In this document: one piece after another, positions 1-12,656 of the stretch
Numbering within the stretch: position 1 is the stretch's first letter
How the letters are laid out: every line of letters begins with the position of its first letter
NCBI GenBank assembly: GCA_951406725.2
Contig: OX597824.1
Coordinates: 4,960,001 to 5,024,000, forward strand
Source: Octopus vulgaris
Taxonomy: Eukaryota
Direction of reading: 5' to 3'
Length of the DNA stretch: 64,000 bases
The notes under the pieces: generated by a model
What the model saw: the letters and a program-made list of their open reading frames with translations, nothing else
The model's database searches: none
Told to the model about the DNA's origin: nothing
Made by a program: the position numbers and the translations under genes

Positions 1-162
1 GAAATTGGAGCCCTATTTATTTAATTTAAAATAATATGACCCAATGAGGACAATTAAGATTTCAAGATGCAAATTCACCCCTTATAGAACAACTTATTTT
101 TTTCCATGATCACTATATTTATTCTAACTATCATCCTAACATTAGTTATATATATTACAATT
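1..162 (+). pseudogene. cox2: NUMT: end of mitochondrial cox1 (1-24), 11-nt spacer, and 5' part of cox2 (from ATG at 36), frameshifted
   Basis: In the invertebrate mitochondrial code, 36 onward reads [26 protein letters not shown] (the COX2 N-terminal FQDA-SP-ME-L-FFHDH signature). After a ~2-nt deletion it continues MFILTIILTLVMYITI. Bases 1-24 read EIGALFI*, consistent with a cox1 C-terminus. cox1 and cox2 are adjacent in octopus mtDNA. Confidence 0.9.
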
Positions 163-165
163 TGA

Positions 166-414
166 TAAGAAGGCTTGCTCTTCCTTCCGTTAACACCAAA
201 AATTATTTACATCAAAAAGGTGCTTTTTTTCTATGAAAATTCCTATTTTTGACAATTTTTTGACTGGTGTGTCACCATTTTTTGGTGTATTTCAACTAGA
301 AAAATGTTCACTTAAAGAGAATAACAAGCTACATAATGCAAAATTTTTACTTTTCAAAAATTCCAATTCTAAAGGGTCGAAACAAACCCGAGCAACGCCG
401 GGCGATACTGCTAG
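166..414 (+). mobile_element. Helitron 3' terminal fragment
   Basis: GC-rich hairpin CCCGAGCAACGCCGGG (387-402), then CTAG (411-414) followed by T. The terminal ~30 nt nearly match the Helitron ends at 21586 and 44595 in reverse orientation. The left boundary is uncertain. Confidence 0.75.
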
Positions 415-812
415 TTACTGGTAAATGAAAGATCCCTTAAACGAGTTTAGAGATCCTTAATAAGAAGTTTAGGGAGAATAAGGCGGAGTGGGGAGAAGGT
501 AAAAGGACTCGATCTCTAGTGAGGTTTTCTAGTTTTCTACAAATAACTATGACGACATCTTCAGAATTTTCTTTCCTGTTCCGTTCTTGGTTGTCAATAT
601 GTAAATTATAAACAATTGACTTTCTTTTGAAACCAGAACCTGAGACACAGCAGCTGTCGTTGCTAACGATAACGACTTTGATGATATCGATGACGGTTTC
701 TATCTCATGAGAATATACTCAACAATCAAGAGTGGGGGAGGGTGTTTTAAATCGTTAAAAACTTTTGATTTTGTAAATGTCTGGAAAGTTATTACATGTT
801 TTATTCCACTAC

Positions 813-1020
813 TATTTTACTTGTTTCTGTCATTTGACTGTGGCCATGCTGGAGCACCGACTTTCGTCGAGCAAATCTACCCCAGAACGTTTTCTTTATA
901 CGCCTAGTACTTATTCTATCGGTCCCCTTTGCCGAACCGCTAAGTTACGGGGACGCATCGCTTGTTAATCGATGTTGGGACGGGGACAAACACAGACACA
1001 CAAACATACACACCCCCACC
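813..1020 (-). mobile_element. SINE family A, 3' half
   Basis: Matches the recurring motif TTTTACTTGTTTCAGTCATTTGACTG(T/C)GGCCATGCTGGAGCACCG...GACAAACACAGACACAC seen in the full copies. Confidence 0.85.
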
Positions 1021-1365
1021 CACACATACATATATAAATAATGGGAGAAGATAAGACATGTCTGTAGGTGACTTAAATGAAAGAGATAATGCAACTTGGT
1101 TTTTTTTCAGAGACGGATCCAAAGAGGATGTCGTGGCAGAACTGAAAGAATAAATAAATAAATGCTTCTTTGGGTCACTGGTTGTAGAGTGTTGATCTAT
1201 GGAGACGAATAGCTTTCTTTTGAATGTGGTGTCGGATGTTTATGTATAATTAAGGGTCTTCCACATTTCGTTTAAGTTGCCAATGATGAATAACAAATTA
1301 GCAATTTTTTTGTTTGTTTTTACCTCATTCACACGTAAAAAATAATACAAAGCAATAGGAAGACA

Positions 1366-1720
1366 GTAATGCTTCGATAATATTAAATTGCATTTGATTG
1401 TTTCGCCTTTCGCTCATAATCTATTTACACCTTCTACATTTTGCGTGTGAACTAACAAAATTCCGTTGCTTCCCGCGCTGTTGCTATATAAACAAAGAGG
1501 TCACAGGTACCGAGGTCACATGCATATTCATCAAATCTGAAAACGAAGGAGATCGATAGTAATGTTTCGATAACATCAAATTCAATTTAATTGTTACCTT
1601 TCGCTCAAAATCTATGAAATCATCAACGTTTTGCGTATTAACGAAATTCCGTTGATTCCCGCGCTGTTGCTAATATAAACAAACAGGTCACGTGCATATT
1701 CGCCAGAAATCCGAAAACCT
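1366..1720 (+). repeat. Diverged tandem duplication (two ~190-bp units) carrying promoter-like motifs
   Basis: 1366-1545 aligns with 1559-1718. Shared blocks: TTCGATAA, CCTTTCGCTCA, TTTTGCGT, AAATTCCGTTG-TTCCCGCGCTGTTGCTA-TATAAACAAA-AGGTCAC, TGCATATTC. Confidence 0.75.
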
Positions 1721-1744
1721 CAGCTGTCGTTAATAGTTCCAGTA

Positions 1745-1820
1745 ATATATATATATATATACATACATACGTACATACGTATATATATACATACATACGT
1801 ACATACGTATGTACGTACGT

Positions 1821-1851
<31 letters not shown>

Positions 1852-1963
1852 TACATACATACATATATACATCATACATACATACATACGTACGTACATA
1901 CGTATGTACGTACGTACATACATACATACACACACACACATACATACATACACACACATACAT

Positions 1964-1994
<31 letters not shown>

Positions 1995-2013
1995 TATATA
2001 CATACATACATAC
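1745..2013. repeat. (TA)/(TACA)/(CA) compound microsatellite
   Basis: Directly visible. Confidence 0.95.
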
Positions 2014-2964
2014 ATTTCAGCAAAATTCAGATGAATATGGTACTTAAGATAAATCAAATGGGGTGATTATAATCAAAAGCAACAATATACATATATATGT
2101 ATATATAGCAATTAAATTAACACCCCCGTAATCTAATTAAATTCCTGTAAGCCTAATTTTAAATGACTTTAGATGATAGTGGTAATTCCTACAAGTGAAA
2201 TCGACCGCCTTCCGAAGTATAGACACCGATGTCTGAATAGCAAAGAACTGATTCGTTGACGGAATCGGTCGCGCGTTGATCAAAACTTTCTCCGGCGTGT
2301 CAGTGGCATTTTTTCCCCCATTTTTCTGAGTTCGAATCCAATCCGTTTTTTTATTTTGGCCTTCATCTCTGACGATTAACCCAACTGCTAATGTCAGTCT
2401 CAACTGCTTTTGTTTCATGTCTTGTGAAACAGGTTTGATACATGACCATTCAAACAGAGGATATTATTTTATTTACTGTATCGATCAATCGAAGCTATTC
2501 ATACCGACAACATCGTATATTTTATTTCCATTGCAGAATTTTTTTTTTTTTTGGAACATAATTAGACCTTTACTGCCCCCTTATTGGTAATTAATGTTTA
2601 AAATGAATTAAAATCTATTTAAAATTAAATTTAAAATAAAACCATTAACTGAGAATAAAAGTCATGGAGTTGAAAATTTTACGCGGTTATTTTTGTTTTC
2701 AATTTGTAATTTTTTGCCTCGAAAAATAGTTTTAATTCACCTTTAATTATAAGGAACCAGTAAAGTTCTAATTATTCTTTAAAGAACACGGAGATATTCA
2801 GCAATGAATGCAAAAGTAGACGAGTGTCTGCAGAATGCATTCAGTAGTGCCAAAATCATTATATTATAGAACATTATGTAATCACCAAGTAAACGTTAAT
2901 ATATTTCATCTCGCCACTGGACATTTGCTACACTACAGAATCAGTCGCTGGTTGTAAGCACTTA

Positions 2965-3037
2965 GTCCCTGTAGCGCAGTGGATAGCGCGCTGGACTTCT
3001 AATCCAGAGGCCGTGGGTTCGAGTCCCACCAGGGATG
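2965..3037 (+). tRNA. trnR-TCT: tRNA-Arg (anticodon TCT), intronless, intact
   Basis: Complete 73-nt cloverleaf: acceptor GTCCCTG/CAGGGAT, D arm GCGC/GCGC, anticodon arm CTGGA-CTTCTAA-TCCAG (TCT at 2998-3000), T arm GTGGG-TTCGAGT-CCCAC, discriminator G. Confidence 0.97.
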
Positions 3038-3042
3038 TTTGC

Positions 3043-3047
3043 TTTTT
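3043..3047 (+). terminator. RNA polymerase III terminator (T5) of the tRNA gene
   Basis: TTTTT beginning 6 nt after the tRNA 3' end. Confidence 0.75.
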
Positions 3048-3190
3048 ACGAATTGTCAAGAAAATTTCTATGGAATAATCTGATTAACTAGAATAGCATT
3101 TAAATACACAAATCTGCAATTTGTGCTCTCTCCCACTTTCTTAACAGAATAATATCAATATGTTATGTAAATAGGTAGGAAAGAATAAGC

Positions 3191-3558
3191 TCTTTTACTT
3201 GTTTCAGTCATTTGACAGTGGCCATGCTGGAGCACCGCCTTTAGTCGAGCAGATCTACCCCAGGACTTATTCTTTATAAGCCTAATACTTATTCTATCAG
3301 TCTCTTTTGCCGATCCGCAAACACACCAGCATCAGTTGTCAAGCGATGTTGGGGGGACAAACACAGACACACAAACATATACACACACATACATATATAT
3401 ATATATGCTTCTTTCAGTTTCTGTTTACCAAATCAACTCAAAAGGCTTTGGTCAGCCTGAGGCTATAGTAGAAGACACTTGCCCAAGGTGCCACGCAGTG
3501 GGACTGAACCTGGAACCATGTGGTTCGTAAGCAAGCTACTTACCACACAGCCACTCCT
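3191..3558 (-). mobile_element. SINE family A (tRNA head, CORE-like block, internal microsatellite)
   Basis: Minus-strand head GGAGTGGCTGTGTGGTAAGTAGC...GGTTCAGTCCC (A/B boxes), then CCTTGGGCAAGTGTCTT and the tail GACTGAAACAAGTAAAAGAG. Resembles octopus OR-type SINEs; name not verified. Confidence 0.9.
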
Positions 3559-3949
3559 TGATTTCCCAGAAAATTAGAAGGCAAAGTTGACCTTGATTGG
3601 ATTTAAAACTACTGCAAAGCATTTTCCTCTGATTCCAAACCATTCTATCATCAGCCCACCATCTCATTATCATTTTTTCCCCCTTGATATATTGTTAAGA
3701 ATTCCCTACTCAAAATAAGGCACCACATCAAGACCATTGTTTCAACAATAACTTGACAATGTAAAATGTGTGCTTTGACTGGTTTGGATTTTGTAGGCAA
3801 AACAGGAATTGCTGGATTAACCAATTAACTAAAATAAGCATCTGCTTGGGGCATCAGGGGAAGTGGGGGGGGACACCACAGAAATGGTAAATAACATTAT
3901 TGAGTGTGCCTTCCCAAACATAGACATTGCCGTGCATATATTTTCGAGC

Positions 3950-4270
3950 AAGGCCATTGCCGGTGCCGCTGGACAACATTCGAGCGAGGTCGTTGCCAGT
4001 GCCGCTGGACTGGCTCCTGTGCAGGTGGTACATAAAAAGCACCATTTGAGCATGGCCGTTGCCAGTACAGCCAGACTGGCCCTTGTGCCGGTGGCACGTA
4101 AAAGCACCCACTACACTCTCGGAGTGGTTGGCATTAGGAAGGGCATCCAGCTGTAAGAAACTTTGCCAGATCAGATTGGAGTCTGGTGCAGCCATCTGGT
4201 TCGCCAGCCCTCAGCCAAAATCGTCCAACTCATGCCAGCATGGAAAGCGGACATTAAACGATGACGATGA
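3950..4270 (+). mobile_element. RTE-LINE 3' tail / RTE-related short element (family B)
   Basis: GGCATTAGGAAGGGCATCCAGCTGT...CATGCCAGCATGGAAAGCGGACATTAAACGATGA. The same tail is attached to RTE coding sequence at 36092-36915. Confidence 0.8.
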
Positions 4271-5344
4271 CGTATGTTCCTTTCTTGTCAACCGTTTCTA
4301 GTTCTCCCTCCTACACTACTCCAGTTAAGACAAAACTGATTCAAAGTTTCGGTGTTTTGCCTTGCAGCATCCAGCTCCTTATATGGGTACAGCTTAGATA
4401 AGTGATGGATTCTGATAAGCTGGTATGTTCTAGAAATACTGAATGGAAACAAAGTCTTCAGTGGATTCTTTATAACTGGAAGACAACTCAATCACTTTGG
4501 TTTCAAACTGAATTCTCATTATGAGAGGCTCTTCATAGTCTTCTGACCTGCTAGAAATAACAACCAAACCTTCCTTTATCTCTAATAGGATAGATTTGAT
4601 ACTGTTATTCTAGGTACATCATTATTATTATTATTATTATTATTATTTTGTTAGTTTCTTTCATTTGACTGTGGCCATGCTGAAGCATTTTCTAAAGAGG
4701 TTATTAGGTGAACATATTGATTTTTTTTTAAAGTCTCGTTAGGAAACACAAGCAACAGCAGTGTCAACATAAAGACAGGTACACATACACGTATGCATGC
4801 ATACACACACATACACATATACACATGCTCACACACGTACATACATATGCACATGCACACAAATATGCATGCATGCACATATGTACATACTCACATATAC
4901 ACACACAAGCTTTTACACAGTTTACGTCAACCAAATTCCATTCCTAAGGCATTTGGTAATCTGGGGTTATTTCAGTATTACCACCTGTTTGAGGCACCTC
5001 ACGATGGGACTGAACTCCAAACCATATCTCTGAGAGGCAGAATTGTTACCCATACATCCATGCCTGTGCTTATGCCTACAACAAAACAAAAACGGCAACA
5101 ATAACTTAACTGGATGGTCACTATGGAAAGACATTGATCACAGGTCAGCTCTGTTGTCAAGGATAAGCTGGAGCTAATCATCAACAACCAAACCAGGGTT
5201 TCTCAACCATTTCTTATCTATGGAACCCCTTTGATTACTATTTTATTCTGGTGGACCCTCGGAGCCATTCCATGTGGAAAAATAGTTTTATAGAAACTTC
5301 ATCCAAAATTCTTACTTTGTTTTCCACCATTCAAGTCTGATCAA

Positions 5345-5552
5345 TGCCAGTGCCAGCTGACTGGTCCTGTGCCAGTGGAGCATAAAAAGCACCCATTACA
5401 CTCTCAGAGTGGTTGGCATTAGGAAGGGCATCCAGCTGTAGAAACTGCCAGATCAGACTGGAGTCTGGTGCAGCCTACTAGCTTGCCACTCCTCAGTCAA
5501 ACCGTCCAACCTATACCAGCATGGAAAGCGGATGTTAAATGATGATGATGTG
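5345..5552 (+). mobile_element. Family B RTE tail inserted in a decayed hAT-type MITE (~5194-5690)
   Basis: Family B motifs ending in (GAT)n. The host element begins CAGGGTTTCTCAACC at ~5194. Confidence 0.7.
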
Positions 5553-6169
5553 ATGACATTAACTTGTTTAGGTTGAACTATGTAAAATGTTAGAGAAAGG
5601 AACCCAGCTATTTCTTGCAATCCTTACCAATATACATCTGAAGCGCAATTTTTTCAGGAACCCTTAAAATTTTGTTGTGGATCCCCAGTTTATTATTTTG
5701 TTGTGTTAACCCCCCCAAAATATGGAGGCTGTTTGAAAACCTCTGAAGTGAACAGTCTCTTTTAGAAATTCCATGCTTCCCAGTAAAAAAAAGAGAAGAA
5801 GAAAAGGGTGAGGCAGAGATTCTCTTTCTCTGGAGTCACATCCATAAAGTGCTTTACATTCTTGTTTTGTTGAAATGGCAGAGGTTACTTGAGAAACCTT
5901 CAAAGATCTGGTGACACAATGTGACCGAAAGTCATCTTAGTAGAGAGTGAAGCAGATTAAAGAAAGGAGAGGGTGGGAGAGAGGCAGGAAATAAGATAAG
6001 GAGAGAGAGGGGGAGGGAGAGAAGGAGGAGAGTAGAGGAAGGGAAAGGGAGAGGGGGAGAACGGAGGAAGGAATGCAAGAGGGACGGGGTGGGGAGCAGA
6101 GATGGTGTTATGAAACTTGTTTAATTCTTCCAGCGGAATAAATCAAACTGTTTCCTGGTGAGTGGAATG

Positions 6170-6432
6170 AGAGGGAGGGAGAGAGAGAGAGAGAAAGGGA
6201 GAGAGAGGGAGAAACAGACAGACAGACAGCCAGAGTGGGTGTATATGAGAGAGAGAGTGGAGTGGATATGTGTGCAAGAGAGGGAGAGGGAAAGAGAGAG
6301 ACAAAAAGTGGATGTATGTGTGTGTGTGAGAGAGAGAGAGAAAGTGAAACAGAGAGAGAGACAGACAGACAGACAGAGTGAAACAGAGAGAGAGAGAAAA
6401 AGATTGAACGAATCGAGACAGAAAGAAAGAGG

Positions 6433-6482
<50 letters not shown>

Positions 6483-6590
6483 CTGACTGAGTGAAAGGCA
6501 GCAAAAAAGAGAAATTAACAGAATGAAAGAGAGAGAGAGTGGGAAAAAGAGAGAGTGAGAGAGGGGGAGAGAAAGAGAGATGAGAGACAA
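6170..6590. repeat. (GA)n-rich purine tract
   Basis: Directly visible. Confidence 0.9.
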
Positions 6591-8556
6591 TGAAAGAGTG
6601 ACCAATTGAGAGAAGTTGAGATTTACATGTTTAGTCTTGACAAGTGTCATGTGACAGAACCACTGTTGATGGTCGCATTAAGGGTGCTGCTTTTGTTGTT
6701 GTTCACCCCACCCATCCAGGTTATGCAGACTTATGGTCAAAGGCGTTCCAGCCATGACTGTTCCATCATTTAAAGAATATATGGCACTATATTATCCAGT
6801 AAGTTCATTAAAACAGTAAGGCATGATTTCAGTAGGGTATTTGGTTGCTGTTTCTAGCTGGTGGAGTCACTGGTGACAGCCCCCTTCATTGGGCTGGGGT
6901 TAGTAATCTATATTATGTTATTAAAAAAAAAAAAAAAGAGCTGAAGGAGACGGGGGTGGGGACAGAAAATCCGAAGGGCGTGGGATGAGCATTGCTAACC
7001 CTACACTATTCCATCACAACCCCAAATGCCAGTTCATACTACTTCCCACGCACATACATATATATATATATACACATGTATATATATATATATATATATA
7101 TATACATGCTGTTATGCAAAGACCACAGCATATTACTCTTTCACCTTCTTGCACACTCACACAAACACACACACACTCACACACAAACATACACACACAC
7201 ATTCACACACATACACACACACACTCACACACAAACATACACACACACACTCACTCACACACAAACACACACTCACTCACACACGCACACACACACAAAC
7301 ACACACACACTCACACAAACACACACGCGTACACACACGCATACTTAGCAGCTTGTCAGACACTCAGTCCTTCTGTTCCCCCTCCCTCCTCTTATTCAAC
7401 TTATTGTCACCGTCCACCTAACCATCGCCCTCTTACCACCACAGATTCGCTCCTCTTACCACCACCAACTCCATTACCACCACCACAAGCTATTGTAATT
7501 CTATTTGCTCTGCCATCCAACAAGGGAGCCTCTAGGATGGTTACGCAAGCTAGAAATAACAACCAAATCTCTCTCAAATCTCCAAGTAAGCTATGCTATT
7601 TTAGAAGAACAAGGATATAAAGGGCATTACATTCGTGACCCCAGGGGAAGGGAGTTTCTGCCTTACCCCCTTATGCTTTTCTCTTTTTACTGGGAGACAG
7701 AAAATTACAAAAGGGGACAGTTTAGTTGTGGATGATTTAACTCCAGAAATGCATGAGGACTTACTAATTTCTGGTTTGGTACCCAGCAGCAATTTAAAGA
7801 ATAGGAAACATGGATTGGTTGTAGTCCTAGATACACTGTGTTCTAATAAGACAGAAGATGGTTATACTAGAATACTAGAATACCTTTAATCGTAAATCTG
7901 CTTGAGTTGACGCTTAACAACAACAACAACAACCAACAACAACAACAACAATTACAACAACAACATTAGCACTGTTGTGATGCCAGTCTCTGTGTCATTA
8001 GATTCCCTTACCCCCACCCTTAACCCCACCCCCACCCCAACCTCAATTCTTGAGAATAATGTCTGTTAATTTACAAAACTTACAACAAGGCTCCTTAAAA
8101 TAGAAATCTACCTGTGTTTCTCTCTACTGGAATACGAAGAATACAAGGTGAGTCTTTAGCTGCCTCACCCCAAACTGAAACCGTTACAATCAGAGCATAT
8201 TAAAAATAATGAAGAGGGGGGAACTTAAACCCCGCTCACACAAAAATAGACTCTGTAACTTTATATCGAAACATCTGTTGATATCCAGTTACATATACCA
8301 TTCTTTATTATTTCAGCACCATCCTGGAATCAGTGTCTTCCACCTGTCTGTTATCAACACAAAACATTTAGTGTTCTTCGAGTGTGGTTAAGACAATGAT
8401 TCAATGTTTCTCTGAGGAAGTCTAATAATGCTGAAATATGTTTGGAGTTGTTACTATAGTTACCAGCAAATGCTCTCATTCAATTTTTAATTAGTTTGTA
8501 TTTGGGAGTTGACCCCTTCCCTGTTTTGACAATCATTATCATTGACATTAATATTC

Positions 8557-8777
8557 TTTACTCTTTTTACTCTTTTACTTGTTTCAATCATTTAACTGTG
8601 GCCATGCTGGAGCACTGTCTTTAGTCGAGCAAATCGACTCCAGGACTTACTCTTGTAAGCCTAGTACTTATTCTATCAGTCTCTTTTGCCAAACCACTAA
8701 GTAACGGGGATGTAAACACACCAGCATCAGTTATCAAGCGATGTTGGGGTGACAAACATAGACACACAAACATACAT

Positions 8778-8813
<36 letters not shown>

Positions 8814-8983
8814 GCATATATACAATGGTCTTCTTTCAGTTTCTGTCTACCAAATCCACTCACAAGGCTTTGTCGACTTGAGGCTATAGTAGAAGACACT
8901 TGCCCAAGGTGTCATGCAGTGGGACTGAACTCGGAACCATGTGGTTCATAAGCAAGCTACTTACCACACAGCCACTCCTACGC
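8557..8983 (-). mobile_element. SINE family A, full length
   Basis: Head, CORE-like block, internal (TA/CA) and (CTCTTTTA) tail are all present. Confidence 0.9.
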
Positions 8984-10314
8984 CTTTTTTTTTTCTTTTC
9001 ATTATAGGTTTAAGTTTATCTTCTTTTTTTACCCTTTTACTAGTTTCAGTCATCGGACTGTGGTCATGCTGGAGCACCACCTTAATTAGCTGATTGAATT
9101 TTATTTTGGTGATGTTATTAGAGCTGGGTGTGATGTTAATTACATTAATTATGTTGGCCCCATGACTCCAATTAAGTACTGCATTTATAATTGGGTTAAT
9201 ATTAGTTAATCCTATCCTTTGATGATTTTAACATAGAGACACCCATTTTGGGGGTGGGGGGTGGAGGTGGAGGTGTTGGGGCTTGGTCAACTCCCATAAC
9301 ATTTACAGGACCTTCAAGACTAGAAATGAATAGAATGATGAATAATGACTTATATTCCAGATCTGATATGATGTTTAATCTACAGATTAACACACACGCA
9401 CACACACACACACACACACACATGCGACAGGCTTCTTTCAGTTTCCATCTCCCAAATATACTCACAAGGCTTAGGTTGGCCTGAGGATATACCACCACCA
9501 CAACCACCACCGCCACCACCACCACTACCACCACTGCCACTACTACATCTGTCACTGCCACCACCACCACCACCACGAACGCCACTTCCGGCACTATTGT
9601 CACCGTCACAGATGCACCCCTACCTCATCCACGGCCACCACAAGCACATACTTGTGTCACTATTCCCAATTTAACCCCAATTGTCACAAAACACCACCAC
9701 CACCATCATCATCATCACTAATGAATCCAACCATGGCCACCAATAACAGAGTCAACATCACCACCACTCCTACTACTGCTGCTGTCTCCTACCATTAGCA
9801 ACCAGCCCCCAGATCATTACTACTAGCAACAAACACCCCACCCCCATGCTGTCATTACTAAACTACAATTGCAACCATGGCAACTATCATAAACAAACTA
9901 ACAAGACTACAGCTATCACTATCTCCGACTGTCACAAGGCAACCAGGGTACCACTAGATCAGTGGTTTTCAAAATATGCTTATCCCCCTCCCCTCAAATA
10001 CTAAAACTTTGTGTAATTAAATTTCATGGTCATTCCTGTAATTATGTGAGTATCCACCAAAAAATCAGAATTGATGTTTTCTACAATATTTTTTTACCGT
10101 TTCCTTTGTGTAGTTTTATACATTTTTCCACACAAATTCTTTGATTTCTGTTTTGTAAAGAAATATTTGAAGTATGAGAAAAAAGTTTAGAAAATGTGAA
10201 AAATTGGCTTTTGTTGTCTCCGCTTCTCACAGGATAGGAAAAGGTTTTTTTTTTTTCAAAGATGTTGAATAAAACCGCTTTCTGCAATTAATGGTAATAA
10301 AATCTTGTAATAAA

Positions 10315-10540
10315 GGTGGTGAGCTGGCCGAAACGTTAGCACGCCAGGGGAAATACGTAGCCGTATTTCGTCTGCGGTTACGTTCTGAGTTCAAATTCCA
10401 CCGAGGATGCCTTTCATCCTTTCGGGGTCGATAAATTAAGTACCAGTTACGCACTGGGGTCGATGTAATTGACTTAATGCGTTTGTCTGTCCTTGTTTGT
10501 CCCCTCTGTGTTTAGCCCCTTGTGGGTAGTAAAGAAATAG
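10315..10540 (+). mobile_element. SINE family D, full length, with 16-bp flanking direct repeat
   Basis: GGTGAGCTGGCCGAAACGTTAGC...GAGTTCAAATTCC...GTAGTAAAGAAATA. GGTAATAAAATCTTGT occurs at 10293-10308 and 10540-10555. Confidence 0.9.
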
Positions 10541-10567
10541 GTAATAAAATCTTGTGTGGATGTAGCT

Positions 10568-10950
10568 GCAGGCATGACTGTGTGATCAGAAGCTAGCTTC
10601 TCAACCGCATAGTTCCAGGTTCAGTCCCACTGTGTGGCACCTTGGGCAAGTGTTTTCTACCATAGCCTCAGGCCAACCAAAGCCTTGTGAGTGGATTTGG
10701 TAGACGGAAACTGAAAGAAGCCCATCGTGTGTGGGTGTCTCTGTGTTTGTCCCCCGTCACTGCTTGGCAATCAGTGTTGGTGTGTTTACATCCCCATAAT
10801 TGAGCAGTTCAGCAAAGGAGACTGATAGAATAAGTATTAGGCTTCAAAAAAGATAAAAAAACAAGACCCAGGGTCCATTCATTTGACTAAAACCTTTCAA
10901 AGCAGTGCCCCAGCATGGCCACAGTCAAATGACTGAAACAAGTAAAGGAT
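10568..10950 (+). mobile_element. SINE family A, older copy
   Basis: All family A blocks, diverged. Confidence 0.85.
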
Positions 10951-11869
10951 AGGTATTTGCTTTCCACATTCAAAAGCTTAAGCAAAACTCTTCACTCCAG
11001 TTTCTATCAAAATTGAGTCGGCATTCATGGAATTCTTCTTTCTCCGCCACAAGTTTAAAAAGTTTAAAACTTTTTCAGTTTTATTAAACATGTCTGTTTG
11101 TCTGTTCCCTCTTCAATCCACCCAGGACCCTCCCCACAGCTCCACTGATGAGAAACGTTGCTCCGGATGGTCACTTGAACAAACTAGAAACAGCAGCTAA
11201 CTCTCACTCAGATCACACCCTACTGTTTTAAATAAAAGGCACATTAGATTATTGAGTCGCATGTAGCTCCTAAAAGACAGGATGGGCATGACTGGAATGT
11301 CCTTGATTATAGGTTATCTCGATCAAGTCTGACACAGGGCTATTCAGCAATGATAAGGACAATGACTGGCAGGGATGCAACGCAGGAACAAGGATGAGCA
11401 TACACACATATGCACACACATATACATACACACACACACATACACACACACATATGCACACACATACACACATACATTGATACACAGACACACAGACACA
11501 CATGAACCACAGCAGCAGCAGGAATGGCGAGATCTAGTGAGAGTGAAGGAAGCGGTGGGAGGTGGAGAGAGAGAGAGAGAGAGAGAGAAAGAAAGACAAG
11601 AGGAAAGAAAGAAAGAGAGAGGAGAAAAGAAAGAAAGAGAGAAAAAGAAAAAGAGAGAAACAGAAACAAAGAAAAGAAGAAAGGAAGAAAGAGTGAAAGA
11701 AAGAAAGACAGAAGAAGAAAAAGAGAGAGAAAGAAAAACAAAGAAAGAGAGAAAGAAAGAAATGAAATGCAAAAATTTTATCCAATCAGTGCTCAGCTCA
11801 TAAACCTGTAGTTCCTGTTTTGATAAGTATTATCAAAACCTGAAAACTAGAATTTATCAAGTGATTATG

Positions 11870-12135
11870 GGGATGTAAACACACCATCATCAGTTGTCAA
11901 GGGATGGTGGGGGGGGGGGAACAAACACAGACACACAAACGTGTACGTACACACACACACGCACATGTATATATGAAGGGCTTCTTTCATTTTCCGTCTA
12001 CCGAATCCATTTACAAGGCTTTGGTCAGCCTGTGGCTATAGTAGAAGACACTGGCCTAAAGTACCACACAGTAGGACTGAACCCGGAACTATGTGATTGG
12101 TAGCAACCTACGTACCACACAGCCACTCCTGCACC
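11870..12135 (-). mobile_element. SINE family A, 5' two-thirds
   Basis: Head and internal microsatellite present. Confidence 0.8.
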
Positions 12136-12469
12136 TATATATGTATGTATATATATATGTGTGTTCCTGCCAGGGCAATGTCCATGCAACAGTGTATCCC
12201 CTTATATCAAAGAACATCAGTAGCAGTTGTTAAAAGCTTCAGGAAACAAAAACCCGGTTGAGTGGCAAGTAGTTATGGTTCTTCAATGATCTGAGTTCAA
12301 ATTCTGTGAGGGGTTGATATAATCTTTTATACCCTCTGGGAGTGTGGGTGGGGTGGAGTTTTCGTAAAACAAAGTACCAGTTAAACAGTGAGGCTGGTTT
12401 ATATTCTCATGATGTGTCCTGGAATGGGACGGGGGTGGGGAATGGAATTATAATAGAAGAGGTGGATGA

Positions 12470-12515
12470 AGAGGAAGAGAAGAGGAGGAGGAGGAGAAGA
12501 AGAAGAAGCAGAAGA

Positions 12516-12612
<97 letters not shown>

Positions 12613-12645
12613 TAATAACAACAACCACAACAGCAACAACAACAA
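12470..12645. repeat. Compound trinucleotide microsatellite (GAG/AGA/TAG/ACA)
   Basis: Directly visible. Confidence 0.95.
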
Positions 12646-12656
12646 AGCTCCATTAA

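Noticed and set aside
2137-2418. 93-aa non-repetitive ORF
   Set aside because: No recognisable domain; the central part resembles a highly decayed SINE D.
8104-8153. Possible micro-exon ending CAAG|GTGAGT
   Set aside because: Good donor but weak acceptor and no homology; not supportable.
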